From NCBI GenBank assembly GCA_964635295.1, contig CAZWOB010000001.1:47743-111742 (forward strand): a DNA stretch of 64,000 nt, in the 5' to 3' direction. Positions within the stretch are counted from its first letter, which is position 1, and each line of letters begins with the position of its first letter. The notes beneath the pieces were generated by a model. That model saw only the letters and a list, made by a program, of their open reading frames with translations, did no database searches and was not told the DNA's origin. A program made the translations under genes and the position numbers. Source of the DNA: an uncultured bacterium (GTDB lineage: Bacteria; Chlamydiota; Chlamydiia; Chlamydiales; Waddliaceae). This document shows, in pieces, positions 41,867-52,378 of this stretch.

Positions 41867-41899
41867 AAAGGATGGTATAAAGGAAAACTAACGCAGATG

Positions 41900-42841
41900 T
41901 CAATGATCATCTGGATAATAGGGCTCGATATGTACCGTGACTTCACGCACTGACGGCCACGCTTTTTGGATATTTCTCCTCACTTTTTGACTAATGCGAT
42001 GAGCGGCATCGACAGGCAGCTCTGGAGAAACCTCCACGTCTATATCGACGTGCGCATCGGGTCCATATAACTGTATGCGGATTTTTTCTGTTTCAAGGAC
42101 TCCGTCAACATCTCTGGCCGCCTTGTTCACCACATCAAAATAATCATCGTGAGGAACCTTGTCCATCAATTGATGGATATTGCTTCTTGCCGCAAAAGAT
42201 CCGACGACGACCATAAGGCCTGCAATGATAATCGCGCCAACGTGGTCGATCACGACACTCCAATCGGGAATCCATGCGGCAACAATCAGAGTGACAGCGG
42301 CTAGCAGGCTTGTCAACGCGTCCATGCGGTAATGAACGGCATCCGCTCCAAGGGCCGGGCTGTTCTGCTGTTTAGCTACCCTGGAAACGATATGATAGCA
42401 AATTTCAAGCAACAGCGTCGCAACCAGAGGAATGATCCACACATAGGAATCGATTGGTCGATTTGGCGTATACTCAGCAAGTTGAAACAGCTGCTGCCCG
42501 ATCATTCCCAGTCCAATCAATACCATGAAAAGCCCCAGCTGAAGTCCTGCCAGGGGTTCATAACGTCCATGTCCAAAGGGATGGTCATCGTCGGGCGGCC
42601 TTGCCGCTAATTTGATGAAAACAATAAGGATCAAGCTGCAGGCGATGTCTAACGAACTTGCAAGAGCATCCATCAACAACGCGGCGCTTCCTAAAAAAAT
42701 GACTCCCAATAGTTCAATGGAAATAATTGCCAGCCGGATCAGCACTCCCCAACGGGCAGCGCGAATGAGATGGGTGTTCCTCTTTTCACGGGCGGGACGA
42801 ACACTGTCTGGCAACGGAAGGGGGTCGGGAAATTGGCTCAT
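41900..42841 (-). CDS. cation diffusion facilitator (CDF) family efflux protein
   Basis: 313 aa. ALLMDALASSLDIACS ... DDDHPFGHGRYEPLAG and a C-terminal cytoplasmic domain. Confidence 0.85.
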   Translation of the reverse strand: MSQFPDPLPLPDSVRPAREKRNTHLIRAARWGVLIRLAIISIELLGVIFLGSAALLMDALASSLDIACSLILIVFIKLAARPPDDDHPFGHGRYEPLAGLQLGLFMVLIGLGMIGQQLFQLAEYTPNRPIDSYVWIIPLVATLLLEICYHIVSRVAKQQNSPALGADAVHYRMDALTSLLAAVTLIVAAWIPDWSVVIDHVGAIIIAGLMVVVGSFAARSNIHQLMDKVPHDDYFDVVNKAARDVDGVLETEKIRIQLYGPDAHVDIDVEVSPELPVDAAHRISQKVRRNIQKAWPSVREVTVHIEPYYPDDH

Positions 42842-44811
42842 GGATTAAATAACTGGTCTGTGTGCGCAAGGTTTTCTTTAGTTCCGATCACAACCACTTG
42901 ATCCCCCGCTTCCAGTGTCGTCGAGGCATCAATATGGTAGATCGGAATATTCTCTCTTTTTATGACGATCACTGTCAATCCCCAATTTCTTCTTAAATCG
43001 CAATCTTTTAAGGTCCTTCCTGCAAATGGACTGTTGTCACGCAGATGAATAGTCTTAACGCCGACATCCTCAAGATATTCTTTAAGGTCCGAAAAAATAG
43101 TTGTTTCCCCGTAGCGTGGCCGAATCATCTCATACCCCTCTTTTCGCAGAGCTTCCACAAGCTGCTCGAGTTTTTCAGGAGGCACCTTGTACCGCAATAA
43201 GACCCGGGAAAAAATTTCGACAGTTGATCCAAGCTCATCGGGAATCACTTCGTCCGCACCCAGTTGGTAAAGGGCTCTCATCTCCTGAAGGTACCGGGTA
43301 CGTACAATAATATACACCGACGGATTAATGTTTTTGGCCTGTTCAACGATCCTTAGCGCAGCGATCGGGTCGTTGATCAGAATGGCAAGGACAGAAGCAT
43401 CTTTGATGTTAGCGTGCTTCAACACCCTTTCTCTGGTCGCATCTCCGAAAGTGATCGGCTCTCCCCTCTGCCTCTGTTCCCTGACGGTTTCCGGATTCAT
43501 ATCGATCACGACATATGAGACTCCGGCCTCTTTAGAGGAACGAGCAAGGTTACGCCCGCTGAACCCAAAACCGATGATGATCACATGGTCTTTTTTTTCT
43601 GTACCGATGAGCCCCGCTTCCAAGCCGGTTTTCAAAGATGAAGCAAACGGCAAATTCAGCATCAAGTTAGCAATTCTCGGTGAAGCATGAACTACATACG
43701 GTGTAATTCCCATTGTAAGAATTGCGACAGCAATGAACATCTCATGAAGATAGACTGTTCCTATTCCATTGAGTATCCCATAGGAGGCCAGGACAAAGGA
43801 AAATTCTCCCACCTGACTTAGAGACAGCCCTGCCAAGGCCGCAGTTCGGACAGAAGCGCCCGTCATCAGCCCGACTAAAAAGACAACAACGCTCTTCGCA
43901 ATGAAAATAGCGGCGGTCAATCCAAGAATGCCAAACGGGTGGGTGAGAACAAAATTGATATCTAACAACATACCCATGGAAACGAAGAAAAAACTTGTGA
44001 AAATATCCTGAAAGGGTAAGAAGTCTCCGATCGCATGCAAACTGAATTCCGATTCGGAAATGATCAAACCTGCCAGAAAAGCTCCCAAAGCAAGAGATAG
44101 ACCGATGCTCGAGGTGATCCAGGCAACTCCAAAACAGAGGACGAAAATCGTCAGAATGAACAGTTCTCTGCTTCTGGTCTTAGCAACATAAAATAGCAGA
44201 GGAGGAACAAATTGAACGGCGCTTATAAAAATCAGCGCTAAAATGATAAACCCCTTCGCCAATTGCCATAAAAGAAACAGGTCCACCTGTTCCCCTCCAC
44301 TTCCTAGAAAAGGAGTGACAAGCATCATGGGAACGACAATGACATCCTGAAAGATTAAAATCCCTATGACCATTCTACCGTGGGGAGAATTGGTTTCCGC
44401 TCTTTCCTGTAGAATTCTGATGACAATTGCAGTAGAGCTTAACGAGATAATGAATCCGAGAAAAATCGACTCTCCAGGAGGCCTTCCAAAAAGCAGCCCT
44501 GCCAGGATGCCGCATACCGTTGTGATCCCCACTTGGAGCGGACCTGCAAGAATAAAATAGCGGATATTTTCAATTATTTTTTTAATCGAAAATTCAAGCC
44601 CTACGGTGAACAGGAGGGAAATGATCCCGATTTCAGCTAGCACCTTGACTTCTTCAACAGCTTTGACAACACCGAATCCCCCCGGGCCGCAGATAATCCC
44701 TGTGATCAAAAATCCGACCAAAGATGGAATTTTCAGCCGATGACAGCCGAGCAGGACCAGAATAGACAGGCCGAAGATAATGACGATATCTCTAAGAAGA
44801 GGAATTTCCAT
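42838..44811 (-). CDS. Kef-type monovalent cation:proton antiporter with TrkA-N/TrkA-C domains
   Basis: 657 aa. Polytopic N-terminus, Rossmann motif IIIGFGFSGRNLA, C-terminal RCK_C-like segment. 4-nt overlap with the CDF gene. Confidence 0.85.
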   Translation of the reverse strand: MEIPLLRDIVIIFGLSILVLLGCHRLKIPSLVGFLITGIICGPGGFGVVKAVEEVKVLAEIGIISLLFTVGLEFSIKKIIENIRYFILAGPLQVGITTVCGILAGLLFGRPPGESIFLGFIISLSSTAIVIRILQERAETNSPHGRMVIGILIFQDVIVVPMMLVTPFLGSGGEQVDLFLLWQLAKGFIILALIFISAVQFVPPLLFYVAKTRSRELFILTIFVLCFGVAWITSSIGLSLALGAFLAGLIISESEFSLHAIGDFLPFQDIFTSFFFVSMGMLLDINFVLTHPFGILGLTAAIFIAKSVVVFLVGLMTGASVRTAALAGLSLSQVGEFSFVLASYGILNGIGTVYLHEMFIAVAILTMGITPYVVHASPRIANLMLNLPFASSLKTGLEAGLIGTEKKDHVIIIGFGFSGRNLARSSKEAGVSYVVIDMNPETVREQRQRGEPITFGDATRERVLKHANIKDASVLAILINDPIAALRIVEQAKNINPSVYIIVRTRYLQEMRALYQLGADEVIPDELGSTVEIFSRVLLRYKVPPEKLEQLVEALRKEGYEMIRPRYGETTIFSDLKEYLEDVGVKTIHLRDNSPFAGRTLKDCDLRRNWGLTVIVIKRENIPIYHIDASTTLEAGDQVVVIGTKENLAHTDQLFNP

Positions 44812-44891
44812 ACAGGAGTCTGGCTTTTAATCAACCGTATAAACTTTTTACGAGTAAAATTAAAGCGCTTATGCTATAGTAAAATCCCGTT

Positions 44892-45629
44892 ATGACACAT
44901 AAAATTATTGGAATGATTCCCGCCCGTTTTGGAAGCTCGCGCTTTCCAGGCAAACCACTCGCTAAAATATCCGGAAAATCTTTAATCCAAAGAACTTACG
45001 AAAACGCAAAGCGTTGTCCCCTCTTACAGGAGATTTATGTCGCCACAGATGATGAGCGGATTTTTTCCCACGTAGAGGATTTTGGCGGAAAAGCCGTGAT
45101 GACCTCACCTGACTGCCCGACCGGCACCGAACGACTGGCAGAGGCGATCCATCTGAATTTCAGTGAAGTGGACATCGTGATCAACATTCAAGGGGACGAG
45201 CCTTTGCTCGAACCTGAGGTGATCCAGGATGTCGGCGAGATCCTCCTCAATGATCCGGTCGCCGTCATGTCGACAGCAGCAGTCCCGATCAGATCCCAGG
45301 AAGAAGCTGACAGCCGCTCTGTCAATAAGTGCGTGATCGATACGAGCGGCAACGCTCTTTACTTCAGCCGCTCCCTGATCCCCGGCGGACACTCCGAAAA
45401 GTGGGATCCTAATATCACCTATTATAAACATTTAGGAATCTATGGTTACAGAAGGGACTTCCTCATTCACTATGCCGAGCTGGATCCCACCCCTCTTCAG
45501 ATGGCAGAGGATTTAGAGCAGCTTAAAGTCCTTGAACATGGGTTCAGAATCAAAGTCGCGGTTGTCGACAGCCAATCAATTGGTGTAGACACCCCTGATG
45601 ATGTGAGAAGAGTCGAGCAAAAACTATGA
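44892..45629 (+). CDS. kdsB: 3-deoxy-manno-octulosonate cytidylyltransferase (CMP-KDO synthetase)
   Basis: 245 aa. IIGMIPARFGSSRFPGKPLAKISGKSLIQRTYENA, NIQGDEPL. Confidence 0.9.
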   Translation: MTHKIIGMIPARFGSSRFPGKPLAKISGKSLIQRTYENAKRCPLLQEIYVATDDERIFSHVEDFGGKAVMTSPDCPTGTERLAEAIHLNFSEVDIVINIQGDEPLLEPEVIQDVGEILLNDPVAVMSTAAVPIRSQEEADSRSVNKCVIDTSGNALYFSRSLIPGGHSEKWDPNITYYKHLGIYGYRRDFLIHYAELDPTPLQMAEDLEQLKVLEHGFRIKVAVVDSQSIGVDTPDDVRRVEQKL

Positions 45630-47239
45630 ATACAAAATATATATTTTTTACCGGAGGCGTCTGTTCCTCATTAGGAAAGGGATTGACCGCAGCCTCAGTC
45701 GCACTGTTGCTGGAGAAGAAAGGGCTCAGAGTCGCCATGCTCAAACTCGATCCTTATCTCAATGTTGACCCGGGAACGATGAACCCCTTCCAACACGGCG
45801 AGGTTTACGTCACAGACGATGGTGCGGAGACCGACCTGGACCTCGGGCACTATTATCGATACAGCAACTCCCCTCTTTCAAAAGCCTCTAATGCGACTTC
45901 AGGGCAGATCTACAACACCGTGATCAGAAGGGAAAGAAAAGGCGACTACCTTGGCAATACTGTACAGGTGATCCCGCACATTACCGACGAGATCAAAAGA
46001 CGGATCATCGATTGCGCCCGCCAGGAACCGGATATTGACATTCTGATTGTTGAGATCGGAGGAACGGTCGGGGACATCGAATCGCTTCCTTTCCTTGAAG
46101 CGATCCGCCAGTTCCGCAATGAGAACGAAAAAAACTGCATCAGCGTCCACCTCACCTATGTCCCGTACATTAAAGCAGCCGGAGAGGTCAAGACTAAGCC
46201 TACGCAACATTCCGTGCAAAGTTTAAGGGAAATCGGTCTCTATCCTGACATCATTCTTTGCAGGTCTGAGATGACATTGCCTGACAGCGTGAAAGACAAG
46301 ATCAGCCTGTTTTGCAACGTCAACCGCCGAGCGGTCATTGAAGAGGTTGATGTTGAACACTCGATCTATGAGGTGCCCCTCGAACTGAAAAATCAAAGGC
46401 TCGATTCCATGATCATGGAGCTTTTGCACCTCGAGGATAAACAGATCGAACTTCCTGAATGGAAAAAAATTGTTGAGACAATCAAACATCCTAAAGGAAA
46501 GATCACAGTCGGCGTGGTTGGAAAGTATGTGAAGCATCAGGATGCTTACAAATCCGTCTTCGAGGCATTGGACCACGGAGCTTTGGCCCACGGCTATGAA
46601 CTGGAGATCAAAAAATTCGAAGCTGACAAGGTTCTGAGCACATCTGACCTCAAAAAAACCCTCGGCGGTTGCGATGGCTACCTGATCCCGGGAGGGTTCG
46701 GCGAGAGGGGTTGGGAAGGCAAAGTCCAGGCAGCCAATTATTGCAGAGAAAATCGAATCCCCTATTTTGGCATCTGCCTTGGCATGCAGGTCATGTCTGT
46801 TGAATTTGCAAGAAATGCGGCGAAAATCGAAGATGCGAACACAACCGAAGTCGATCCTGGTACAAATGCTCCTGTCATCTCTTTGTTAAGCGAACAGCAC
46901 CATGTTTCAGATATGGGCGGAACCATGCGCCTTGGCGCACAAGACTGTTTGATTGAAAAGGATTCCATAGCATTTGAAGTCTACCGCTCTGAAAAGATCA
47001 GCGAAAGGCACAGACATCGCTATGAATTCAACAACAAGTACATCGAGCAAATGGAAAAAGCTGGATTACGCATTTCAGGCAGGCATGCCGAGACCGGTCT
47101 TTGTGAAATTGTAGAGGTCGTCGACCACCCCTGGATGGTAGGCGTTCAGTTTCATCCGGAATTTAAATCGAAACCAACTGCCCCCCACCCTCTCTTCCAT
47201 TCCTTTATCGGCGCTGTGATCAAAGGCAAGAAAAACTGA
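45626..47239 (+). CDS. pyrG: CTP synthase
   Basis: 537 aa. KYIFFTGGVCSSLGKG, GEVYVTDDGAETDLDLGHYYRY, GICLGMQ, and HRHRYEFN of the GATase domain. Confidence 0.95.
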   Translation: MNTKYIFFTGGVCSSLGKGLTAASVALLLEKKGLRVAMLKLDPYLNVDPGTMNPFQHGEVYVTDDGAETDLDLGHYYRYSNSPLSKASNATSGQIYNTVIRRERKGDYLGNTVQVIPHITDEIKRRIIDCARQEPDIDILIVEIGGTVGDIESLPFLEAIRQFRNENEKNCISVHLTYVPYIKAAGEVKTKPTQHSVQSLREIGLYPDIILCRSEMTLPDSVKDKISLFCNVNRRAVIEEVDVEHSIYEVPLELKNQRLDSMIMELLHLEDKQIELPEWKKIVETIKHPKGKITVGVVGKYVKHQDAYKSVFEALDHGALAHGYELEIKKFEADKVLSTSDLKKTLGGCDGYLIPGGFGERGWEGKVQAANYCRENRIPYFGICLGMQVMSVEFARNAAKIEDANTTEVDPGTNAPVISLLSEQHHVSDMGGTMRLGAQDCLIEKDSIAFEVYRSEKISERHRHRYEFNNKYIEQMEKAGLRISGRHAETGLCEIVEVVDHPWMVGVQFHPEFKSKPTAPHPLFHSFIGAVIKGKKN

Positions 47240-47682
47240 TGGGAACACGAATACTTGGAATCGACTATGGAATGAAAAGGATAGGTCTCGCCATCTCTGA
47301 CGAGACCCATCTCATTGCAAGCGCCATCGAAACGTTTGACGCTTCAAAGAAAATGGAAGAGACCATCGAACTGCTTGTCAGGCGGTTAGACGGCCATCAG
47401 AAAGAGAAGGGCTACATGCTTAAAGAGATTGTTGTTGGCCTTCCTCTTAAAATGAGCGGTGAAATGAGCTATATTTCCGATGAGGTCGTTCTCTTTGCGG
47501 ATCTTCTCTCTAAAGCGCTTCCTGTTCCTGTGATCAAATGGGATGAAAGACTGACAAGTGTGCAGGCTGAGCGGGCGATGATGGAGGGCCCTTACTCCAG
47601 AAAAAAACGAACGAAAAAGCTTGATCAGATCAGCGCGGTGATCATTTTACAAAACTATTTGGACTCTAAGAATTTAGTATGA
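47239..47682 (+). CDS. ruvX: Holliday-junction-resolvase-like YqgF/RuvX
   Basis: 147 aa. ILGIDYGMKRIGLAISDE, WDERLTSVQAER. Confidence 0.85.
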   Translation: MGTRILGIDYGMKRIGLAISDETHLIASAIETFDASKKMEETIELLVRRLDGHQKEKGYMLKEIVVGLPLKMSGEMSYISDEVVLFADLLSKALPVPVIKWDERLTSVQAERAMMEGPYSRKKRTKKLDQISAVIILQNYLDSKNLV

Positions 47683-48137
47683 ACTATTGGTTGATGAAAT
47701 CCGAGCCGGAGACGTACTCGATAGACGATCTCCAAAAGGATAAAAAGTCGGACTGGGAAGGGGTGAGGAATTACCAGGCACGCAATTTTATGCGGGACGA
47801 CATGAAGGCTGGAGACCTGGCGCTTTTTTATCACTCGAATGCAAAGCCTTCAGGTATCGCCGGGATATGCAGGATCACCAAGACAGGGATTCCTGACTAC
47901 ACGTCCTGGGACCCGAATAGTAAGTATTACGACCCAAAAACAGATCCCGATAGCCCCCGTTGGATCATGGTTGAAGTACAGTTTGTCAAAAAATTTCCTG
48001 AAGTCATCCCACTTTCCGACCTTAGAAACGATCCTAGTCTAAAGGAAATGTTGATCTTGCAAAAAGGGTCTCGATTATCGATTACCCCTCTGAAAAAGAA
48101 AGATTTCGATCATATCGTGTCAAATTTTCACCCTTGA
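47679..48137 (+). CDS. EVE (PUA-like) domain protein
   Basis: 152 aa. NYWLMKSEPETYSIDDL...WEGVRNYQARNFMRDDMKAGDLALFYHS. Confidence 0.8.
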   Translation: MNYWLMKSEPETYSIDDLQKDKKSDWEGVRNYQARNFMRDDMKAGDLALFYHSNAKPSGIAGICRITKTGIPDYTSWDPNSKYYDPKTDPDSPRWIMVEVQFVKKFPEVIPLSDLRNDPSLKEMLILQKGSRLSITPLKKKDFDHIVSNFHP

Positions 48138-48932
48138 CTGCAATGAAAATGGCACAGTTTCTATATTAAAGTCTTCGTCAACCAGCATGATGGTATTGTT
48201 CTTCATTTCATCCCATTTCGGTGAGTCCCAGAGTTTTTCAGAAGAAAAGAGAATTAACTCTTCATCCCTGTAAACATACAAAGAAAGCTTGTCGCTAGTA
48301 TCAGGGTAAAAGACCCTGCATGCCAACATCCGGATCCCATCTGTCAGCAACAGGTTGATGCGGTAGCCATTTTCCAGCCCCAGCTCTTGCTGCCAATAAT
48401 GGAAATCGGAGATTGCCCTTGATAATGAAGTGGGAAGATCTGAAATCCCTTGCCGGCCATGATGAGACAACAACAAGTGGAACAGGTATTCAGAATCTGT
48501 CTGACCTCTAATTTTTTGAAAGAGGTCCAACGGAATACTTGAAACGGCACGCTGTTTGATTTTATCAAACTGATCAATGGTGCCATTATGCACAAAACTC
48601 CATCTCTGATGGTGGAAAGGGTGGCAATTTTCCCTGCTTACACTCCCCACGGTCGCAGAACGCACATGGCCGAGCAAACAATGAGTTTCAATTTTAGAAA
48701 CGATGCTTTTGAGGTTTTCATCGTTCCAGGCTGGCTGCGTGGATTTGAAGATCGCAGGCACCGGGTCCAACAAGCGGTGATTGTACCAGGCGATTCCAAA
48801 ACCGTCTCCATGCAGCCCAAAATGTCCTTCTTGGGATTTTTTGCTTTGCTTGATTAATGAATTTTCCGGAAGATCTAAAAATTTAGATAATAAAAAATCC
48901 TTTTTGGATAAAGCTCCTACAAACCTGCACAT
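48120..48932 (-). CDS. class II (Ntn) glutamine amidotransferase, YafJ/EgtC-like
   Basis: 270 aa. N-terminal MCRF catalytic Cys, GDGFGIAWY, GHVRSATVG...NCHPF, FVHNG. Confidence 0.8.
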   Translation of the reverse strand: MCRFVGALSKKDFLLSKFLDLPENSLIKQSKKSQEGHFGLHGDGFGIAWYNHRLLDPVPAIFKSTQPAWNDENLKSIVSKIETHCLLGHVRSATVGSVSRENCHPFHHQRWSFVHNGTIDQFDKIKQRAVSSIPLDLFQKIRGQTDSEYLFHLLLSHHGRQGISDLPTSLSRAISDFHYWQQELGLENGYRINLLLTDGIRMLACRVFYPDTSDKLSLYVYRDEELILFSSEKLWDSPKWDEMKNNTIMLVDEDFNIETVPFSLQSRVKI

Positions 48933-48940
48933 ACCCCCTC

Positions 48941-49849
48941 CTATTCAGGCAAAGTCGTTAAAATGTAATCAATGATCTGCTCAGCGATTTGCTTCCCTTG
49001 AGCGATCTCCATCCCTTTAAATCCCGGGGATGAGTTCACCTCGCAGATCTTATAGTTATCATCATCACAAAAAAGAACATCGATTCCGGCGATATCCAGG
49101 TCGACCAGACGGATCACTTCGGATGCCAGCCATTCAAGTTTAGTGTTCAAGGTGTAGGGTTCCACAGATCCGCCCAGGGTAAAGTTCGCCTTGAACCCTT
49201 TATTCGCCTTTCTCCTCATTGCGCCAATCGCCTTGCCTCCAACCATAAAAATACGTAAATCTACTCCACAGCTGCTGGCTATATACTCTTGTAAAATAAT
49301 ATTAGCGCTCTTGTTGTTTGAATAGATGAGGTCCATGATATCTTCGAAATCATTCTCATCTTTGCATAAATAGATCCCCTTCCCTTCTGTTCCTACAATG
49401 TTTTTGATGACGACCGGAAAGCCGATCTCATCAACTACGACTTTCGGATTGACGGGGAATTTGACAAGCATTGTTTTAGGGGTTGGCAGATTACTTTGAG
49501 CTAGCAGTTGGTGCATATGAAGCTTGTCTTTGACGATTTCAATCGAATTCGGGGTATTGCACAAGTAAACGCCCATGTGCTGCAAGTGGCGCAGAATTGC
49601 CAAGGCATAGTAGGTTGTTCCCGAACCCATTCGCGGGATGACGAAATCAGGAAGCCTTTCCTGCTTTCCATCGATCAGTATGCTCTCTCGATCGCTTCTG
49701 TTTACGATTAATTCAAATTGCTCCGGAGCGTAGACCTTCAGCTTCACTCCCTTTTTTTGAGCTTCCTCTCTCAGTCGATTGACCCCGTAATCTACAGATG
49801 TCAATTGCGACTCTTTTTTAGAATAAATAATCCAACCTAGTTTCATCAT
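48941..49849 (-). CDS. RimK-family ATP-grasp ligase
   Basis: Start set at MMKLGW (49849). FPVVIKNIVGTEGKGIYLC, ILQEYI, DLRIFMVGGKAIGAMRR, CEVNSSPGFKGME. Confidence 0.8.
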   Translation of the reverse strand: MMKLGWIIYSKKESQLTSVDYGVNRLREEAQKKGVKLKVYAPEQFELIVNRSDRESILIDGKQERLPDFVIPRMGSGTTYYALAILRHLQHMGVYLCNTPNSIEIVKDKLHMHQLLAQSNLPTPKTMLVKFPVNPKVVVDEIGFPVVIKNIVGTEGKGIYLCKDENDFEDIMDLIYSNNKSANIILQEYIASSCGVDLRIFMVGGKAIGAMRRKANKGFKANFTLGGSVEPYTLNTKLEWLASEVIRLVDLDIAGIDVLFCDDDNYKICEVNSSPGFKGMEIAQGKQIAEQIIDYILTTLPE

Positions 49850-49968
49850 TGTCAACAACCTATTGATAACATTAAGCACTGAATTATAAGTTTCAGGGCA
49901 ATAATTTAGCTAAAGAAAATACATGGGGACTAAAAAAAAAATCTGTCCTGCGGCGTAGGCCTATTATC

Positions 49969-49996
49969 TTGACTATTAACCCTGTATTAATATAGT
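49969..49996 (+). promoter_or_regulatory. candidate promoter of the mevalonate operon
   Basis: TTGACT (49969-49974), 16-nt spacer, TATAGT (49991-49996). RBS AGGAGA lies before the ATG at 50038. Confidence 0.45.
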
Positions 49997-50037
49997 CTTA
50001 AGCATAAATTTTGACAGAATTCTAACAGGAGAACAGG

Positions 50038-51327
50038 ATGTCAACAGACGTCAAAGTTGGCATTAGTGATATCGCCATCTATCTGCCACGTCTCAAAATT
50101 ACACTTGAGGCGATCATCAAAAAAAGGGTCGCGGAATCCGAAGGGAAGTCCCTGGAAAAAATCCTTAAGAGGACCCTGGAAAAAACCGGGCTGTTTTCCA
50201 TGCATTTCCCCGAGACATGGGAAGATTCCGTTACGATGGCTGCGCAGGCTGCATTGAAGCTGATCAACCGTAAACAATTCAATTTAAATGCGCTCCGATA
50301 TTTAGTTTCCGGGACAGAAACCGGAGTCGACCACTCAAAGCCGCTGGCGTCCTACGTCATCGGAATCCTAAAAAAAGCAGGGATTCCCATTCCCCAATCA
50401 ATCTCCTCTTTTCAGACACAGCATGCTTGTGCCGGAGGCACAGTTGCCTTGATGGCTGTTTCTGCGTTGCTGGGCTTTACCAATGCTCCAGGCGAATCGG
50501 GAATCGTCCTCTGTTCCGATATCGCGCGATATGGAAAATGCACATCTGCAGAGATGACACAGGGAGCAGGCGCGATCGCCCTGCTGACTGAAACCAACCC
50601 TAAACTTGTTGAGCTCGATCTAAAGACTGCCGGATACAGCTCCAAAGACGTTGACGATTTTTTCCGTCCGCTTGGATCAGAGATCGCGAAAGTGAAGGGA
50701 GGGTTCTCCATCCGGTGTTACATGGAAGCGATGGACTCTGCCCTTGTCGATCTCGCCTCCCGCGCAGGTACAACGCCGGAAGAGCTGCTAAGGTCTGCCG
50801 ACATGTACGCGCTGCATGTACCCTACCCTAAATTGCCGACAGATACGATCAAGTATCTTCTTGGGAAATACTGTGAGGAAGATGATGACACCATCGAAAG
50901 CACCCTGAACGAAAAAGGGTTTTATGAAATGACGGCACCCGCTTCCAGAAGCGGAAATATCTACACCGGTTCGATGTTCATGTCGTTGGCCTTTCTCCTT
51001 AAAAACCGCTATGAGCTCATGGGTGACGCGATTATTGGTAAGAAGGTCCTGATGGGCTCTTACGGATCGGGTAACACAATGGTCTTTATGTCCGGAACGA
51101 TCGCGCCAAATGCGCCTGAAGTGATCAAAAACTGGGACCTTGAAGGAATATGGGACCACCAGGAATCGACCATACAGGATTATGAGACCTGGATCTCCTC
51201 CAACGGGACGACAGCGGAACAATACGCTTTAGGAATGGAGTCTAAACGGTCCGCCATTCAACCGAACACATTCTTCCTGGACCGAATACGCGAGGACGGA
51301 TACCGTGAGTACAGCTACACCGAGTAA
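50038..51327 (+). CDS. mvaS: hydroxymethylglutaryl-CoA synthase
   Basis: 429 aa. VGISDIAIYLP, SGTETGVDHSKP, QHACAGGT (catalytic Cys context). Thiolase-fold length. Confidence 0.8.
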   Translation: MSTDVKVGISDIAIYLPRLKITLEAIIKKRVAESEGKSLEKILKRTLEKTGLFSMHFPETWEDSVTMAAQAALKLINRKQFNLNALRYLVSGTETGVDHSKPLASYVIGILKKAGIPIPQSISSFQTQHACAGGTVALMAVSALLGFTNAPGESGIVLCSDIARYGKCTSAEMTQGAGAIALLTETNPKLVELDLKTAGYSSKDVDDFFRPLGSEIAKVKGGFSIRCYMEAMDSALVDLASRAGTTPEELLRSADMYALHVPYPKLPTDTIKYLLGKYCEEDDDTIESTLNEKGFYEMTAPASRSGNIYTGSMFMSLAFLLKNRYELMGDAIIGKKVLMGSYGSGNTMVFMSGTIAPNAPEVIKNWDLEGIWDHQESTIQDYETWISSNGTTAEQYALGMESKRSAIQPNTFFLDRIREDGYREYSYTE

Positions 51328-52378
51328 CATACCCAAAAGAAAACAGGATCATCTAGATGCGTGCATGAATCAACCGGTCGAAGGGACCGGTTCTCCTTTT
51401 TTTGAGGACGTGATGTTTGTGCATCGCGCGCTCCCTGAACTCAACGTTTCCGAGATCGATACGCAATGCGAATTCCTTGAAAAACAGATCTCGCTACCTC
51501 TTTTCATTTCCTGCATGACCGGAGGGTCGGAGCAGGGAAAAAATGCTAACCGCGAACTCGCGAAGGCCGCACAGGAACTGAATATTCCCATTGGATTGGG
51601 ATCGATCCGCGTTCTATTCAAAAATCCTGAGAGGGCTGAAGATTTTCAACTGCGTCAACACGCGCCGGATGTGCCAATTATTGCAAACATCGGAGGAGCG
51701 CAGCTTTTGGAGACCTCCATACATGAGATCCGTGAATGGCTGGAAAAACTGGAAGTGGACGCTCTGGCCGTTCACCTGAACTGCGGGCAGGAGCTTTTCC
51801 AGGAAGGCGGCGACACCAAATTCCGCGGCATCCTCGACGCGATTGAAAAGACCATAGACAACCTCTCGCACCCGGTCATTGTCAAAGAAACAGGATTCGG
51901 GATCAGCCCCCGGGAAGTCAAAGAATTGATCGGTATAGGAGCTCACTATGTCGATATAGCTGGAGCCGGCGGAACAAATTGGGTGACAGTTGAAATGCAT
52001 GGAAATCCCTCTGAAGACTTTGCCGGCAGCAGCTTCATGGACTGGGGAACACCTACCGCCGTACTGCTTGATACCGTCAGGGAACATCAGGGAAAAATTC
52101 TAAGTTCCGGCGGACTCAGATCCGGAATGGACCTGGCAAAATCCATTGCCCTGGGCGCTGTTGCCGGAGGGATGGCACTCCCCTTTATTCAGGCCGCGAT
52201 CGATGGTGGAAAAGATGAAGCGGTTGTTTTTGGAAGGACGATTGAAAAAGTCTTGAAATCCACTATGCTCCTCACAGGGTCGCAAACAATTGAAGACCTG
52301 CAAAGACAGCCCTTGATCAGATCGAGTGAATTCGAACACTTCGTCAAATCGCTAAAACAGATCGACTCCTCGACATGA
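51305..52378 (+). CDS. fni: type 2 (FMN-dependent) isopentenyl-diphosphate isomerase
   Basis: 357 aa. KRKQDHL, FISCMTGGS, GLGSIR, VKETGFGIS, DIAGAGGTNW. Confidence 0.85.
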   Translation: MSTATPSNIPKRKQDHLDACMNQPVEGTGSPFFEDVMFVHRALPELNVSEIDTQCEFLEKQISLPLFISCMTGGSEQGKNANRELAKAAQELNIPIGLGSIRVLFKNPERAEDFQLRQHAPDVPIIANIGGAQLLETSIHEIREWLEKLEVDALAVHLNCGQELFQEGGDTKFRGILDAIEKTIDNLSHPVIVKETGFGISPREVKELIGIGAHYVDIAGAGGTNWVTVEMHGNPSEDFAGSSFMDWGTPTAVLLDTVREHQGKILSSGGLRSGMDLAKSIALGAVAGGMALPFIQAAIDGGKDEAVVFGRTIEKVLKSTMLLTGSQTIEDLQRQPLIRSSEFEHFVKSLKQIDSST

